NCBI RefSeq assembly: GCF_964213995.1
Contig: NC_135830.1
Location: 5,394,001-5,458,000, forward strand
Reading direction: 5' to 3'
Length of the DNA: 64,000 bases
Source: Mustelus asterias
Lineage: Eukaryota
Below are positions 13,071 through 25,387 of the stretch, piece after piece. A model generated the notes under the pieces. It did no database searches and was not told the DNA's origin. It saw only the letters and a list, made by a program, of their open reading frames with translations. The position numbers and the translations under genes were made by a program. Positions within the stretch are counted from its first letter, which is position 1. Each line of letters opens with the position of its first letter.

Positions 13071-13851
13071 TCCTTGAAGTCATTTTGTGGCTCATCACTT
13101 GCTCGGACACCCTGTTTAATCTTTACTCAGACAATCTGTTTACATGTGGGTTTTGAGAATCACCCCCCACCCTATCAACTTTGTCTTGTTTCAGGTTCTG
13201 TGCTAGAGATGTGTCCTTAGCAGAGACAACAGGCCTACACTACTGTATTTATCAACCCAGGAAGCTTACCCAATAAGAAAATGAGAAAGAGAGATTCCTA
13301 TAAGAGTCAATACATTTTTCAAGATTTATATAAGATTATTAAAAGATGATTTCTTACAGATCTTCCCACCCAGAGAGGGAATATCTTTATTGGCTTCTCA
13401 ACTGATTTCAGACTAACCTCACAAAACTTTTTCTAAACTTGTTTTCCTCATTTCTTTATGACGATTCTGGATAACATATTAAAGATACTCAGATAATCAG
13501 AATCAGCAACACAAATGTTTCCACTTGTTGGTGTTTCCAATACTGGGAACCATGAACAGACAACACAGATGAATAAATCAACAGGAGGAGATATTTATTT
13601 CTTCAGACAGTTGTTAGAATATGGAACTCACTGCGACTGGAAGTGGTTGAGACAAATACTTTAGATGCTTTAAAAAGGAAACCAGACGAGAACATGAGAG
13701 AAAACGGATTAAAAAGTTGAGCTGAAAAGCTGAGTTGAGGTGAGCAGAATGAGAGGAGAATTGTGTGGATTAGAAATTCCAGTACAGATCAGGGCAGGGG
13801 TGGGGTGGCGGGTGGGGGGGGGGGGGGGGGCGGTGGTGGTGGTGGTGGCGG

Positions 13852-14082
13852 AGGCAGTGACACAGTGGAATTGTCAGTGGACTAGCAACCCAGAGACCCA
13901 GGATAATGTTCTGGGGACCTCGGTTCGAATCCCACCACAGCAGATGGTGAAATTTCAGTTCAATTAAAAGTCTGATGATGACCATGAAACCATTGTTGAT
14001 TGTCATAAAAACCCATCTGGTTCACTGATGTCCTTTAAGGATGGAAATCTGCCGTCCTTAACTGGTCTGGCCTACATGTGAC
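13852..14082 (+). mobile_element. SINE family B, 5' part
   Basis: Matches 8543-8790 and is cut by a Penelope-like tail. Confidence 0.75.
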
Positions 14083-14134
14083 CACAGTAAGAAGTTTGAC
14101 AACACCAGGTTAAAGTCCATCAGGTTTATTTGGT

Positions 14135-15326
14135 ATCTATCTTGACTTCCAAAAGGCCTTTGACAAGGTGCCTCACGGGAGACTGCTGAGTAAAATAAGG
14201 GCCCATGGTATTCGAGGCAAGGTACTAACATGGATTGACGATTGGCTGTCAGACAGAAGGCAGAGAGTTGGGATAAAAGGTTCTTTCTCAGAATGGCAAC
14301 CGGTGACAAGTGGTGTCCCGCAGGGTTCAGTGTTGGGGCCACAGCTGTTCTCTTTATATATTAACGATCTAGATGACGGGACTGGGAGCATTCTGGCCAA
14401 GTTTGCCGATGATACAAAGATAGGTGGAGGGGCAGGTAGTATTGAGGAGGTGGGGAGGCTGCAGAAAGATTTAGACAGTTTAGGAGAGTGGTCCAAGAAG
14501 TGGCTGATGAAATTCAACGTGGGCAAGTGCGAGGTTGTACACTTTGGAAAAAAAAATAGAGGCATGGACTATTTTCTAAACGGTGACAAAATTCATAATG
14601 CTAAAGTGCAAAGGGACTTGGGAGTCCTAGTCCAGGATTCTCTAAAGGTAAACTTGCAGGTTGAGTCCGTAATTAAGAAAGCAAATGTAATGTTGTCATT
14701 TATCTCAAGAGGCTTGGAATACAAAAGCAGGGATGTACTTCTGAGGCTTTATAAAGCACTGGTTAGGCCCCATTTGGAGTACTGTGAGCAATTTTGGGCC
14801 CCACACCTCAGGAAGGACATACTGGCACTGGAGCGGGTCCAGCGGAGATTCACACGGATGATCCCAGGAATGGTAGGCCTGACATACGATGAACGTCTGA
14901 GGATCGTGGGATTATATTCATTGGAGTTTAGGAGGTTGAGGGGAGATCTGATAGAAACTTACAAGATAATGAACGGCTTAGATAGGATGGACGTAGGGAA
15001 GTTGTTTCCATTAACAGGGGAGACTAGGACGCGGGGGCACAGCCTTAGAATAAAAGGGAGTCACTTTAGAACAGAGATGAGGAGAAATTTCTTCAGCCAG
15101 AGAGTGGTGGGTCTGTGGAATTCATTGCCACAGAGGGCTGTGGAGGCCGAGACGTTGAGCGTCTTCAAGACAGAAATTGATAAATTCTTGATTTCTCGAG
15201 GAATTAAGGGCTATGGGGAGAGAGCGGGTAAATGGAGTTGAAATCAACCATGATTGAATGGTGGAGTGGACTCGATGGGCCGAATGGCCTTACTTCCGCT
15301 CCTATGTCTTATGGTCTTATGGTCTT
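14135..15326 (+). mobile_element. Young CR1-type LINE 3' fragment inserted into a Penelope-like tail
   Basis: Uninterrupted ORF 14168..15241 and (tcttatgg)n tail. Flanks 14083-14134 and 15327-15440 join into one Penelope-like copy. Confidence 0.9.
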
Positions 15327-15332
15327 AAAAGC

Positions 15333-15369
15333 CACAAGCTTTCGGGGCCTTAAGCCCCTTCTTCAGGTG
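15333..15369 (-). ncRNA. Minimal hammerhead ribozyme motif
   Basis: CAC-CUGAAGA-A-GGGGC uuaag GCCCC-GAAA-GC-UU-GUG. Confidence 0.7.
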
Positions 15370-16592
15370 AGTGGGAATTCTGTTCACAAACAGGGCATAT
15401 AAAGACACAAACTCAATTTACAGAATAATGGTTGGAATGGGTCTTCTGTTTTTTTCCCCCTGTTTATAATGCATCATTTCTAAATTGTTGCTTCTTAATA
15501 TTCTGATTTAAAACCATGGATAAGCTCAAACCACTTTTGGATAACCTGTGACTCCCTGATCAAGAATCTTACCGACCACTGCATGCCATCCTGGTCACCG
15601 TATTATAAAAAAGATATCTCTGCACTGGAGAAGGGTACAGAGATGATTTTTAATGATGATATCAGAAATGTAGAAAACAGCTCACCATCACCTTCTCAAG
15701 GTCAATCAGGGGTTAGCAATAAATGCTGGCCAAGCTCGCGATGTCCACATCCCATAAATGATTTTTAAACTGTGTGTTTGGTTATCTATCAGGAAAGGAT
15801 TGACACGCTCACGCTTTCTTGAAAAATTAAGGCTGAGGAGTAACCTAATAGAGGGCTTCAAAATTATAAAAGGTTTTGAAATAATGTTTCTTCTTTTGGA
15901 GAAAGGCAAAACTGGAGACCATCAATACAAGACAGTCGCCAAGAAACCCAATCGGAAATCCAAGATAAATTTCTCCACCCAAAGAGTGGTGAGAATATGG
16001 AAATCATGACCACAGGGAGTGAAATGAACTGTATCGATGTCTTTCAGGGGAAGCTCAACAAATATTTGTGTGTGATTTTATAATTCATTCAGGATTTATT
16101 TCCAAAATCTAGGAACAATAAAGTAACAGGAGATATTTTGAGGCATCTGAGAGTCTGTGTGTGTGTGTGAGGGTGTCTGTGAGTGTGTGTGTTACTTCTC
16201 ATTGGTTTCACACCAACATTCCTTTTTCTGAGCAGACATTCTGGCCCCTGATAAACCCATTGAGTGATTTGAATGGTACAATTCAGAGATTCTTCATCCA
16301 GGGTGAAACGACAGGCTGACTGTGTGCTGTGTAAAACCTGACATCTACACAACCTAATCCCACTTCTCCTGGAACAACGCAAAGTGACTACAATTTTCCA
16401 GATTGATTTCTTTGCTCTCAATATTATTTCAGATCGTTCATAAGTTCCATGATTTTGTTTTCCTTTAATACATCTATGGCGTCCAGTTTAAATACTCCCC
16501 TTAGTCTGACCAACGTATAGCAATGGGATTGCTGCTATTACAGGAATCCATTCTGTAAATCTGATTCCTGGCTCTCTGGAGTAAACACAGTA

Positions 16593-19043
16593 AGAACATA
16601 AGAACATAAGAAATAGGAGCAGGAGTAGGCCATCTGGCCCTTCGAGTCTGCCCCGCCATTCAACAAGATCATGGCTGATCTGAAGCGAATCAGTTCCACT
16701 TACCCGCCTGCTCCCCCTATCCCCTAATTCCCTTATCGATCAGAAAACTATCTACCTGTGATTTAAACATATTCAACGAGGAAGCCTCCACCACTTCAAT
16801 GGGCAGAGAATTCCAGAGATTCACTACCCTCTGAGAGAAGAAGTTCCCCCTCAACTCTGTTCTGAACCGGCCCCCCCTTATTTTGAAGCTATGCCCTCTA
16901 GTTCTGGTTTCCCTTCTAAGTGGAAAGAATCTCTCCACCTCTACCCTATCCAGCCCCTTCATTATCTTATATGCCTCTATAAGATCACCCCTCATCCTTC
17001 TAAACTCCAACGAGTACAGTCCCAATCTGTTTAATCTCTCCTCATAAGCCACACCCCTCATCTCCGGTGAACCTTCTCTGCACTCCCTCCAAGGCCAATA
17101 TATCCTTTCGCAAATAAGGGGACCAAAACTGCACACAGTACTCCAGTTGCGGCCTCACCAGTGCCTTGTACAGTTGCAGCAAGACCTCCCTGCTTTTATA
17201 TTCTATCCCCCTCGCGATAAAGGCCAACATTCCATTCGCCTTCTTGATCACCTGCTGCACCTGCAGACTGAGTTTTTGCGATTCGTGCACAAGGACGCCC
17301 AGGTCCCTCTGTACAGTCGCACGATGTAATTTTTCTCCATTTAAATAATATTCCAATTTACTATTATTTCTTCCAAAGTGGATAACCTCACATTTGCTAA
17401 CGTTATATTCCATCTGCCAGATCCTCGCCCACTCGCTCAGCCTATCCAAATCTCTCTGCAGACCTTCCGCGTCCTCCACACAATTCGCTTTCCCTCTCAC
17501 CTTCGTGTCATCAGCAAACTTGAATACCCTAGATTCAGCCCTCCTCCAGATCATCTATGTAAATGGTAAACAATTGAGGCCCCAGCACCGATCCCTGCGG
17601 CACGCCACTGGTCACCAACTGCCAACCAGAAAAGCACCCATTTATCCCAACTCTCTGCTTCCTGTTAGATAGCCAATCCCCAATCCACGCCAACACCTTA
17701 CCCCGAACTCCGTGTACCCCAATCTTCTGCAGCAACCTTTTGTGAGGCACCTTATCGAACGCCTTCTGGAAATCTAAAAACACCACATCCACCGGTTCGC
17801 CTCTGTCAACCGCACTAGTGACATCTTCATAAAAGTCCAGTAGATTCGTCAAACACGACTTTCCCTTCATGAATCCATGCTGCGTCTGCTTGATCGAACC
17901 ATTCTTATTCAGGTGCTCTGTTATTTCCTCTTTAATAATGGACTCTAGCATCTTCCCAACTACGGACGTTAAGCTAACCGGCCTGTAGTTACCCGCCTTT
18001 TGTCTACTTCCTTTTTTAAACAGCGGCGTAACAGTAGCTATTTTCCAGTCAGCCGGCACTACCCCAGAGTCCAGCGAATTTTGATAAATTACTACTAACG
18101 CATCTGCTATTACCTCAGCCATTTCTTTCAGTACCCTGGGATGCATTCCATCCGGGCCCGGGGACTTGTCTACCTTCAGTCCTATTAGTCTACCAAGCAC
18201 CACCTCCTTAGTAACAGTAATTGTATTGAGGACCTCACCTCCCACCAACTCTCGATCTCTAATATTCGGCAAACTATTTGTGTCTTCCACCGTGAAGACC
18301 GACACAAAGAACTTATTTAAAGTCTCAGCCATTTCCTGATTTTCCACTATTAAATCCCCCCTCTCATCTTCCAAGGGTCCAACATTCACTCTAGCCACTC
18401 TATTCCTTTTTATATACTTGTAAAAACTTTTACTATCATTGTTTATATTTTGAGCTAGTTTAGTTTCATAATGTATCTTTCCTTTCTTAATCGCTTTCTT
18501 AGTCGTTCTTTGTTTTTCTTTAAAGCTTTCCCAATCCACTAATTCTCCACTATTTTTGGCCACTCTGTACACATCTGATTTTATTTTAATACTCTCCTTT
18601 ATTTCCTTCGTTATCCACGTCCGGTTATCCTTTTTCTTACAGTCCTTCCTTATCACCGGAATATATTTTTGCTGAGTACTTAAAAAAATCTCCTTAAAAA
18701 TCCTCCACTGTTCCTCAGCTGTCCTACCTACCAGTCTGCTCGCCCAGTCTACATTAGCCAATTCCACCCTCATCCTATCGTACTCCCCTCTGTTCAAGCA
18801 GAGGACACTGGTTTGGGACCCTCCTTTCTCACCCTCCATCTGTATCAGAAATTCCACCATATTATGATCACTCATCCCAAGAGGATCCTTCACAAGAAGA
18901 TCCTTAATCCTACAGAACCAGATCCAAGATAGCTCGCTCTCTCATAGGTTCTGTAACATACTGTTCAATGAAACAATCCCGACAGCATTCCAAGAACTCT
19001 TCCTCAAGCCCTCCACGTCCAATTTGAGTCGACCAATCAATAT
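16593..19043 (-). mobile_element. CR1-type LINE, 5'-truncated inside the APE domain, few lesions
   Basis: ORFs 17535..18893, 17042..17554 and 16717..17136 are consecutive pieces of ORF2; (ttcttatg)n tail at about 16593-16612. Confidence 0.92.
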
Positions 19044-19044
19044 T

Positions 19045-19383
19045 GGGGCGGCACGGTAGCACAGTGGTTAGCACTGCTGCTTCACAGCTCCAGGGTCCTG
19101 GGTTCGATTCCTGGCTCGGGTCACTGTCTGTGTGGAGTTTGCACGTTCTCCTCGTGTCTGCGTGGGTTTCCTCCGGGTGCTCCGGTTTCCTCCCACAGTC
19201 CAAAGATGTGCGGGTTAGGTTGATTGGCCAGGTTAAAAATTGCCCCTTAGAATCCTAAAATGCGTAGGTTAGAGGGATTTGCGGGTAAATATGTGGGGGT
19301 AGGGCCTGGGTGGGATTGTGGTCGGTGCAGACTCGATGGGCCGAATGGCCTCCTTCTGCACTGTAGGGTTTCTATGATTTCTA
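19045..19383 (+). mobile_element. V-SINE / HE1-like SINE, family A, full length
   Basis: tRNA head, V-domain and CR1-like tail. Confidence 0.9.
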
Positions 19384-19395
19384 ATATGTAGGTTA

Positions 19396-19733
19396 AAGAA
19401 GTTTAACAACACCAGGTTAAAGTCCAACAGGTTTATTTGGTAGCAAAAGCCACACAAGCTTTCGGAGCTACAGGAGAAGTGTTCCAGGAGAAGTGGGATT
19501 AGGTTGTGTAGATGTCAGGTTTTACACAGCACACAGTCAGTCTGTCGTTTCACCCTGGATGAAGAATCTCTGCATTGTACCATTCAATCACTCAATGGGT
19601 TTATCAGGGGCCAGAATGTCTGCTCAGAAAGAGCTTGTGTGGCTTTTGCTACAAAATAAACCTGTTGGCCTTTAACCTGGTGCTGTTAAACCTCTTACTG
19701 TGTTTACCCCAGTCCAATGCCGGCATCTCCACA
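19396..19733. mobile_element. Inverted pair of Penelope-like tails enclosing a captured 150-bp genomic segment
   Basis: Arms 19396-19469 and 19632-19733 are reverse complements. Filler 19480-19630 is the reverse complement of 16225-16376. Confidence 0.8.
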
Positions 19734-19827
19734 TCTCTGGAGTAATGCATTGATCCAGACCTTCCCACTTAACACCAATCCATATCCCCATCTGAGTTCC
19801 AGATTTTAATATGATTTCTCAAAACAC

Positions 19828-20795
19828 AGGCAGCACAGTGGCACAGTGATCAGCAGCGCCAATAAACTGAGTTCAATTCTGGCCTTAGGTGTTACAAGTA
19901 AGCTTACATTAACACTGCAATGAAGTTACTGTGAAAATCCCCTAGTCGTCACGCTTGGCACCTGTTTAGGTGTCCTGAAAGAGAATTTAGCATAGCCAAT
20001 GCACCTAACCAGCATGTCTTTCGGACTGTGGGAGGAAACCTGAGCACCCCTGTAGGGGTAGGGCCTGGGATTGTGTTCGTGCAGACTCGATGGGCCGAAT
20101 GGCCTCCTTCTGCACTGGAGGGTTTCTATGATTTCTATGTCACCCAAGACCGGAATTGAACCGGATCCCTGGCACTCTGAGGTAGCAGTGCTAACCACTG
20201 TGCCACAGCTCTCTGTGTGGAGTTTGCACGTTCTCCCTGTGTCTGCATGAGTTTGCTCAGAGTGCTCCAATTTCATCCCACATTCCAAAGATGTGCAGGT
20301 TAGGTGGATTGGCCATGGCAAATTGCCTCTTCGTGTATGGGTTGGGGGAATTAATGGGGTAAATACATGTCACAGAAAATCCTTCTTCATCTCAAACTAT
20401 AAATCTCTGTCCCCACAGACTCCCTCCTTCCTAAAGTAAAGTTTATTTATAAGTCACAAGTAAGGCTTACATTGACACTGCAATGTCCAAAGATGTGCAG
20501 GTTAGGTTGATTGGCCAGGTTAAAAAATTGCTCCTTAGAGTCCTGGGATGTGTAGATTAGTGGGTAAAATATGTGGGGGTAGGGCCTGGGTGGGATTGTG
20601 GTCGGTGCAGTCTCGATGGGCCGAATGGCCTCCTTCTGCACTGTAGGGTTTCTATGATTCTATGATTCTAATGAAGTTACTGTGAAATTCCCCTAATCGC
20701 CACATTCCGGCGCCTGTTCGGGTCAATGCACCTAACCAGCATGTCTTTCAGACTGTGGGAGGAAACTGGAGCACGTGGAGGAAACTCATGCAGGC
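19828..20795. mobile_element. Nest of SINEs: V-SINE family C copies (-) interrupted by family A 3' fragments (+)
   Basis: Family C tails at about 19895 and 20440; inserted family A pieces at about 20050-20140 and 20485-20670. Confidence 0.7.
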
Positions 20796-21079
20796 CTATT
20801 GATACGATTGATTGTAACACTATCCTCCACCTTCTTTTTCCACAGTTCTCCTCCCTGAAGGTGCTGACTCTCGAGATCAGTTTCACACTCACCTATTGCC
20901 TTCCCCAATGTCACCCAAGTGTCTAAATCTTTCCACCTGAAGTTAACAAACTGTTTTGTAAAGGGGACATCCCAATCCAATCCAGTGACTCCCCACATGT
21001 ACTTTGTGTCAGGGTGGGGTCACTGCGCCCCCCACTCCCACTTTCCATCACAGTCCCAGGAGTTTAGAGACTGGGATCC

Positions 21080-21370
21080 GGATGAGTAATGGCGGCCGCA
21101 GCTCCCACAATCGCCCACGATAGAGAAACCGCTCTATCCACCACGCGGGCAGGCCACATTGGACTGCGCATGTCCAGAGGAGAGGGGAAGCTGCGCATGT
21201 GCAAAGAGAGCTCACCCCCTGACCTTCATGCTGAAGTGTTGACCAATGGAAAGAGTTGGAGGACCGGAAGGACTCTGGTCCTCCAGTCAATCAGAGCGCG
21301 GGCTTTGTGTGAATGAACACGGAGATGCAGTCAGACAAAATCTTCCTGCTCTCTCTAATATCTGTGAGTA
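21080..21370 (+). promoter_or_regulatory. CpG-rich promoter and probable non-coding first exon of ZNF unit D
   Basis: TGCGCATG twice, CCAAT, donor-like gtgagt at 21364. Reverse-complement similarity to 5700-5830. Confidence 0.6.
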
Positions 21371-22136
21371 AAACACTTTCTTTTCTCCCTCTTTCAATTT
21401 ATTTTCTCATTCTGGGGAAAACTGGGGACTTGCAGCAACTGAAGGGAAAGGAAGTGAATCCAGTCTGTACATTCCACACATTTTTACTCCAGTAATGTAG
21501 ACATTTATCTATCTGGCCGCCTGCATGGAGATTTTCAGCTCTCTGTGTCCAGGACAGGAAGCAGTGAGCATGGATCTGTCAATCAGCCTCAATCAGCACC
21601 TTCAGGAGAATTGGGAGGGTGAATATTAGATACAGCGGAGTGAGAATGGAGGGAGAGTGTGTGGAATGGAGATTTACAGCTTTTGGGGAATGAGGGAGGA
21701 AAGAATGTTCCACAGACACTAGAATTGTCTGTTCTGAATTTCTATCTTGTATTGACAGTGATGACTTCAATAAATTCCTTTTACAGAATATCAGAAGGTG
21801 AGGATTTACAGACAGTAATCTCAAAGCAAATGTCACATCAATATCTGACAGTTATTCAATTCATCATGTCCTGAACATCATCAGCCTTTGTATCTGGAAG
21901 GAGAAATATTTCTCTGTTCTTTTTGCTTCTGGAGATTTTAAACATCAGCGTGACTGAGAATTTACCAAGTCTCACGCACACACCCGAGTGAGAGTGTTCC
22001 AGTGCACTGACTGTGGAAAGAGCTTTAATCAGTGAAAAAAACATTGCGGCATTCACAGCAGGGAGAGACTGTACCCGTGTTCTGTGTGAGATTTAACTGA
22101 TTGTTTAACCTGGAGAGTCACAAGGAAACCTGCACC

Positions 22137-22895
22137 ATGGAGAAACCGTGGAAATGTGGGGACTGTGGGAAGGGATTCAGGTTCCCATCTGAGCTGGAAA
22201 CTCATCGACGCATTCACACTGGGGAGCGGCTGTTCACCTGCTCTGTGTGTGGGAAGGGATTCTATGATTCATCCAACCTGCAAACACACCAACGAATTCA
22301 CACGGGGAAGAGACCATTCACCTGTTCTGATTGTGGTACCGGATTTACTCAGTTATGTCATCTGCAGACACACCAGCAAATTCACACTGCGGAGAGACCG
22401 TTTACCTGTCCTGTGTGTGGGAAGGGATTCACTGACTTATCCAGCCTGCGGATACACCAGCGAGTACATTCCGGGGAGAGGCCGTTCAACTGTCCTGTGT
22501 GTGGGAAAGGATTCACTTGGTTATCCAGCATGCGCAGACACAAAGTCAGTCACACCAATGAGAGACCCTATAAATGCTCTGAATGTGGGAGCGACTTCAA
22601 AAGCTCTCAGGTTCTGATGTCCCACCAGCGCATTCACACTGAGGAGAGACCGTTCAGTTGCTCTCACTGCTCAAAGAGATTTAGAATGTCATCCTATCTG
22701 CGGGTACACCAGCGAGTTCACACTGGGGAGAAACAATTCACTTGCTCTGCCTGTGGAAAAGGATTCACTCAGTTAACCAATCTGCAGAGACACCAGCGAG
22801 TTCATACTGGGGAGAGGCCATTCACCTGCACCTTGTGTGAGAACGGGTTCACTCAGTCATCCCACCTGCAGACACACCAACGAGTTCACAAGTGA
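22137..22895 (+). CDS. C2H2 zinc-finger protein, unit D, 9 fingers, 252 aa, no KRAB
   Basis: accATGg start, [14 protein letters not shown]..., nine intact fingers. Exon acceptor ttttacag ends 21786. Confidence 0.85.
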   Translation: MEKPWKCGDCGKGFRFPSELETHRRIHTGERLFTCSVCGKGFYDSSNLQTHQRIHTGKRPFTCSDCGTGFTQLCHLQTHQQIHTAERPFTCPVCGKGFTDLSSLRIHQRVHSGERPFNCPVCGKGFTWLSSMRRHKVSHTNERPYKCSECGSDFKSSQVLMSHQRIHTEERPFSCSHCSKRFRMSSYLRVHQRVHTGEKQFTCSACGKGFTQLTNLQRHQRVHTGERPFTCTLCENGFTQSSHLQTHQRVHK

Positions 22896-23469
22896 TCTCA
22901 GGGGTTGAATTCTGCTGTTATTGCTGCTGTTAATCACATCCGGGACTGGGCTCATTGGCAGGCTCTTTAACAGAAAGTGAGTCCCTCTAAGGTAATTGGC
23001 AAAAGAGCCAGAGGGGGAGATGAGATTTTATTTTTGACACAGCGATGTTAGAAAATGGGGTTCAGGGAGTCAATTAACCCTTTCTCCCCTTTTCCCAAAC
23101 TCTGAAATGATTCCCAGTGATAACCCTTATTGGTGACAGTGGTTAGATTTTATTCAGTATCAATAAGAGCTAACACAGGCTAATGTCTGAGCAGTCGTAT
23201 CAAAGTGCAGCAGCATTACCATTACACTCTGGGTAGAAGCAGCATCTCCACGGAAATGCTCCCTGCTCTGCCCCAGATGCCATGGCACCAGTCAATGCAA
23301 TATATAAAACCTCGACAAATCTCTGTGCTCGGTGAAGCCCTTCTTATACTTTGTTACGTCACAAAGTCTATGGAGACTGATTTAACCCAATCATTGCCGA
23401 GCCAACATTTGAACAGACCAATTACAAAACCAAATAGTGCAAAGGGACAAGAGGGACATGAGTCCCTGG

Positions 23470-23850
23470 AAGGTGTTGAAGATAATTTTCTGCAGCAGTG
23501 TGTTTCTGCTCCAATGAGAGGGCAGGCACTGCTGGACCTGGTTCTGGGGAGTGAGTTGGCCCAAGTGGATCAAATATCAGTGGGAGAGCATTGAGGGGAG
23601 AGTGACCATTGTATCATAATGTTCAGGTTGGCCATGGAAAAGGACAAGGAACGATCCAGAACGGGGATAATTAATCAAGGAAAAACCTCACCTTCAATAG
23701 GATGAGAATGGATCTGAGTCGAGTGAGTTGGAATCAAATGTTGGCAGAAAAGCCGCTGGCTGAACAATGGGCCACCTTTAAGGAAAATCTATTGCGGGCA
23801 ATATCAGGGTATATTCCCTTAAAGGTGAAGGTTGGAGAACTAAATCCAGG
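23470..23850 (+). mobile_element. CR1-type LINE internal relic (end of APE domain)
   Basis: FLQQCV...LLDLVLG motif followed by SDH-like sequence. Confidence 0.65.
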
Positions 23851-23859
23851 GAACCAAAT

Positions 23860-25213
23860 CGTCAAACCTGGAGAGTTACAAGGCCGTCCATACCCTGAAG
23901 ATATGATGGAAATGTGGGGATTGTAGGAAAGGATTCCATGCCCCCTGTGAACTGGAAACCAATCGACCCAGGCACAGCAGAAAGAAGCTGTTCATCTAAT
24001 CTGTGTGTGGGAAGGGATTCATTGATTCATCCACTCTGCAGCGACACCAGCGAGTTCACACTAGGGAGAGGCCATTCACCTGCTCTGTATGGGGGAAGAG
24101 ATTCAGTAATTCCTCCATTCTGCTGATATACCAGCAAGTTCACACTGGGGAGAAACCGTTCACTTGTTCTGAGTGTGGGAAGGGACTCAATGACTCATCA
24201 ACCCTGCTGATACACCAGCGCATTCACACTGGAGAGAGGCCATTCCCCTACTCTGAGTGTAGGAAGGGATTCACTCAGTTATCCAATCTGCTGAGACACC
24301 AGTGCACTCCCCACCAATGAGAAAACCTTTAAATGCTCTGATTGTGGGAGTTGTTTCAGAAACTCTGCCGACCTGAAGATCCACCAGTGCATTCATACTG
24401 GGGAGAGACCGTTCTGCTGCTCTCACTGCACAAGGAGGTTTCGAACATCATCCAAGCGACTGAGCCATTGGCGAGTTCACACTGGGGAGAGGCCTTTCAC
24501 CCACCCTGTGTGTGAACATATAGAACACTACAGCACAGAACAGGCCTTTCGGCCGACGATGTTGTGCCGAGCTTTATCCGAAACCAAGATCAAGCTATCC
24601 CACTCCCTATCATCCTGGTGTGCTCCATGTGCCTATCCAATAACCGCTTAAATGTTCCTAAAGTGTCTGACTCCACTATCACTGCAGGCAGTCCATTCCA
24701 CACCCCAACCACTCTCTGCGTAAAGAACCTACCTCTGATATCCTTCCTGTATCTCCCACCACGAACCCTATAGTTATGCCCCCTTGTAATAGCTCCATCC
24801 ACCCGAGGAAATAGTCTTTGAACGTTCACTCTATCTATCCCCTTCATCATTTTATAAACCTCTATTAAGTCTCCCCTCAGCCTCCTCCGCTCCAGAGAGA
24901 ACAGCCCTAGCTCCCTCAACCTTTCCTCATAAGACCTACCCTCCAAACCAGGCAGCATCCTGGTAAATTTCCTCTGCACTCTTTCCAGCGCTTCCACATC
25001 CTTCTTATAGTGAGGTGACCAGAACTGCACACAATATTCCAAATGTGGTCTCACCAAGGTCCTGTACAGTTGCAGCATAACCCCACGGCTCTTAAACTCC
25101 AACCCCTGTTAATAAAAGCTAATGTGTGGATGGGAGTCACTTGGTCATCGGAGCTGCTGGGACACTCGGGCAGTCACACTGATTGGAGCCTTTCTTGATG
25201 CTCTGACTGTGGG
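23860..25213 (+). pseudogene. C2H2 zinc-finger unit E, degraded and split by a LINE at 24516-25122
   Basis: ORF 24003..24320 has fingers with lost Cys/His, stops and frameshifts. Finger-like sequence resumes at about 25123. Confidence 0.8.
24516..25122 (-). mobile_element. Young CR1-type LINE 3' fragment, same subfamily as 51772-55590
   Basis: The translation of ORF 24590..25102 is nearly identical to the C-terminus of ORF 51856..54873. Confidence 0.92.
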
Positions 25214-25387
25214 TGTTAATTGTATCGATTAAGGTGAACTACATGGAGGTTATTGATTGGATCTATAAAGGGACAGTTAGTGACGGTGCCTGGAGTTAGG
25301 AGGTATACACCTGTAATGTTTCACTCTGTGAATAAATCTACACCAAATAAAGATTGACTCCATCCTAAGGCTGTCAGGATTATCACA
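25214..25387 (+). mobile_element. Possible solo LTR
   Basis: TGT...ACA ends with internal TATAAA then AATAAA; no TSD visible. Confidence 0.35.

Noticed and set aside
19045-19115. tRNA genes
   Set aside because: The A/B-box heads continue into SINE bodies, so they are SINE 5' ends.
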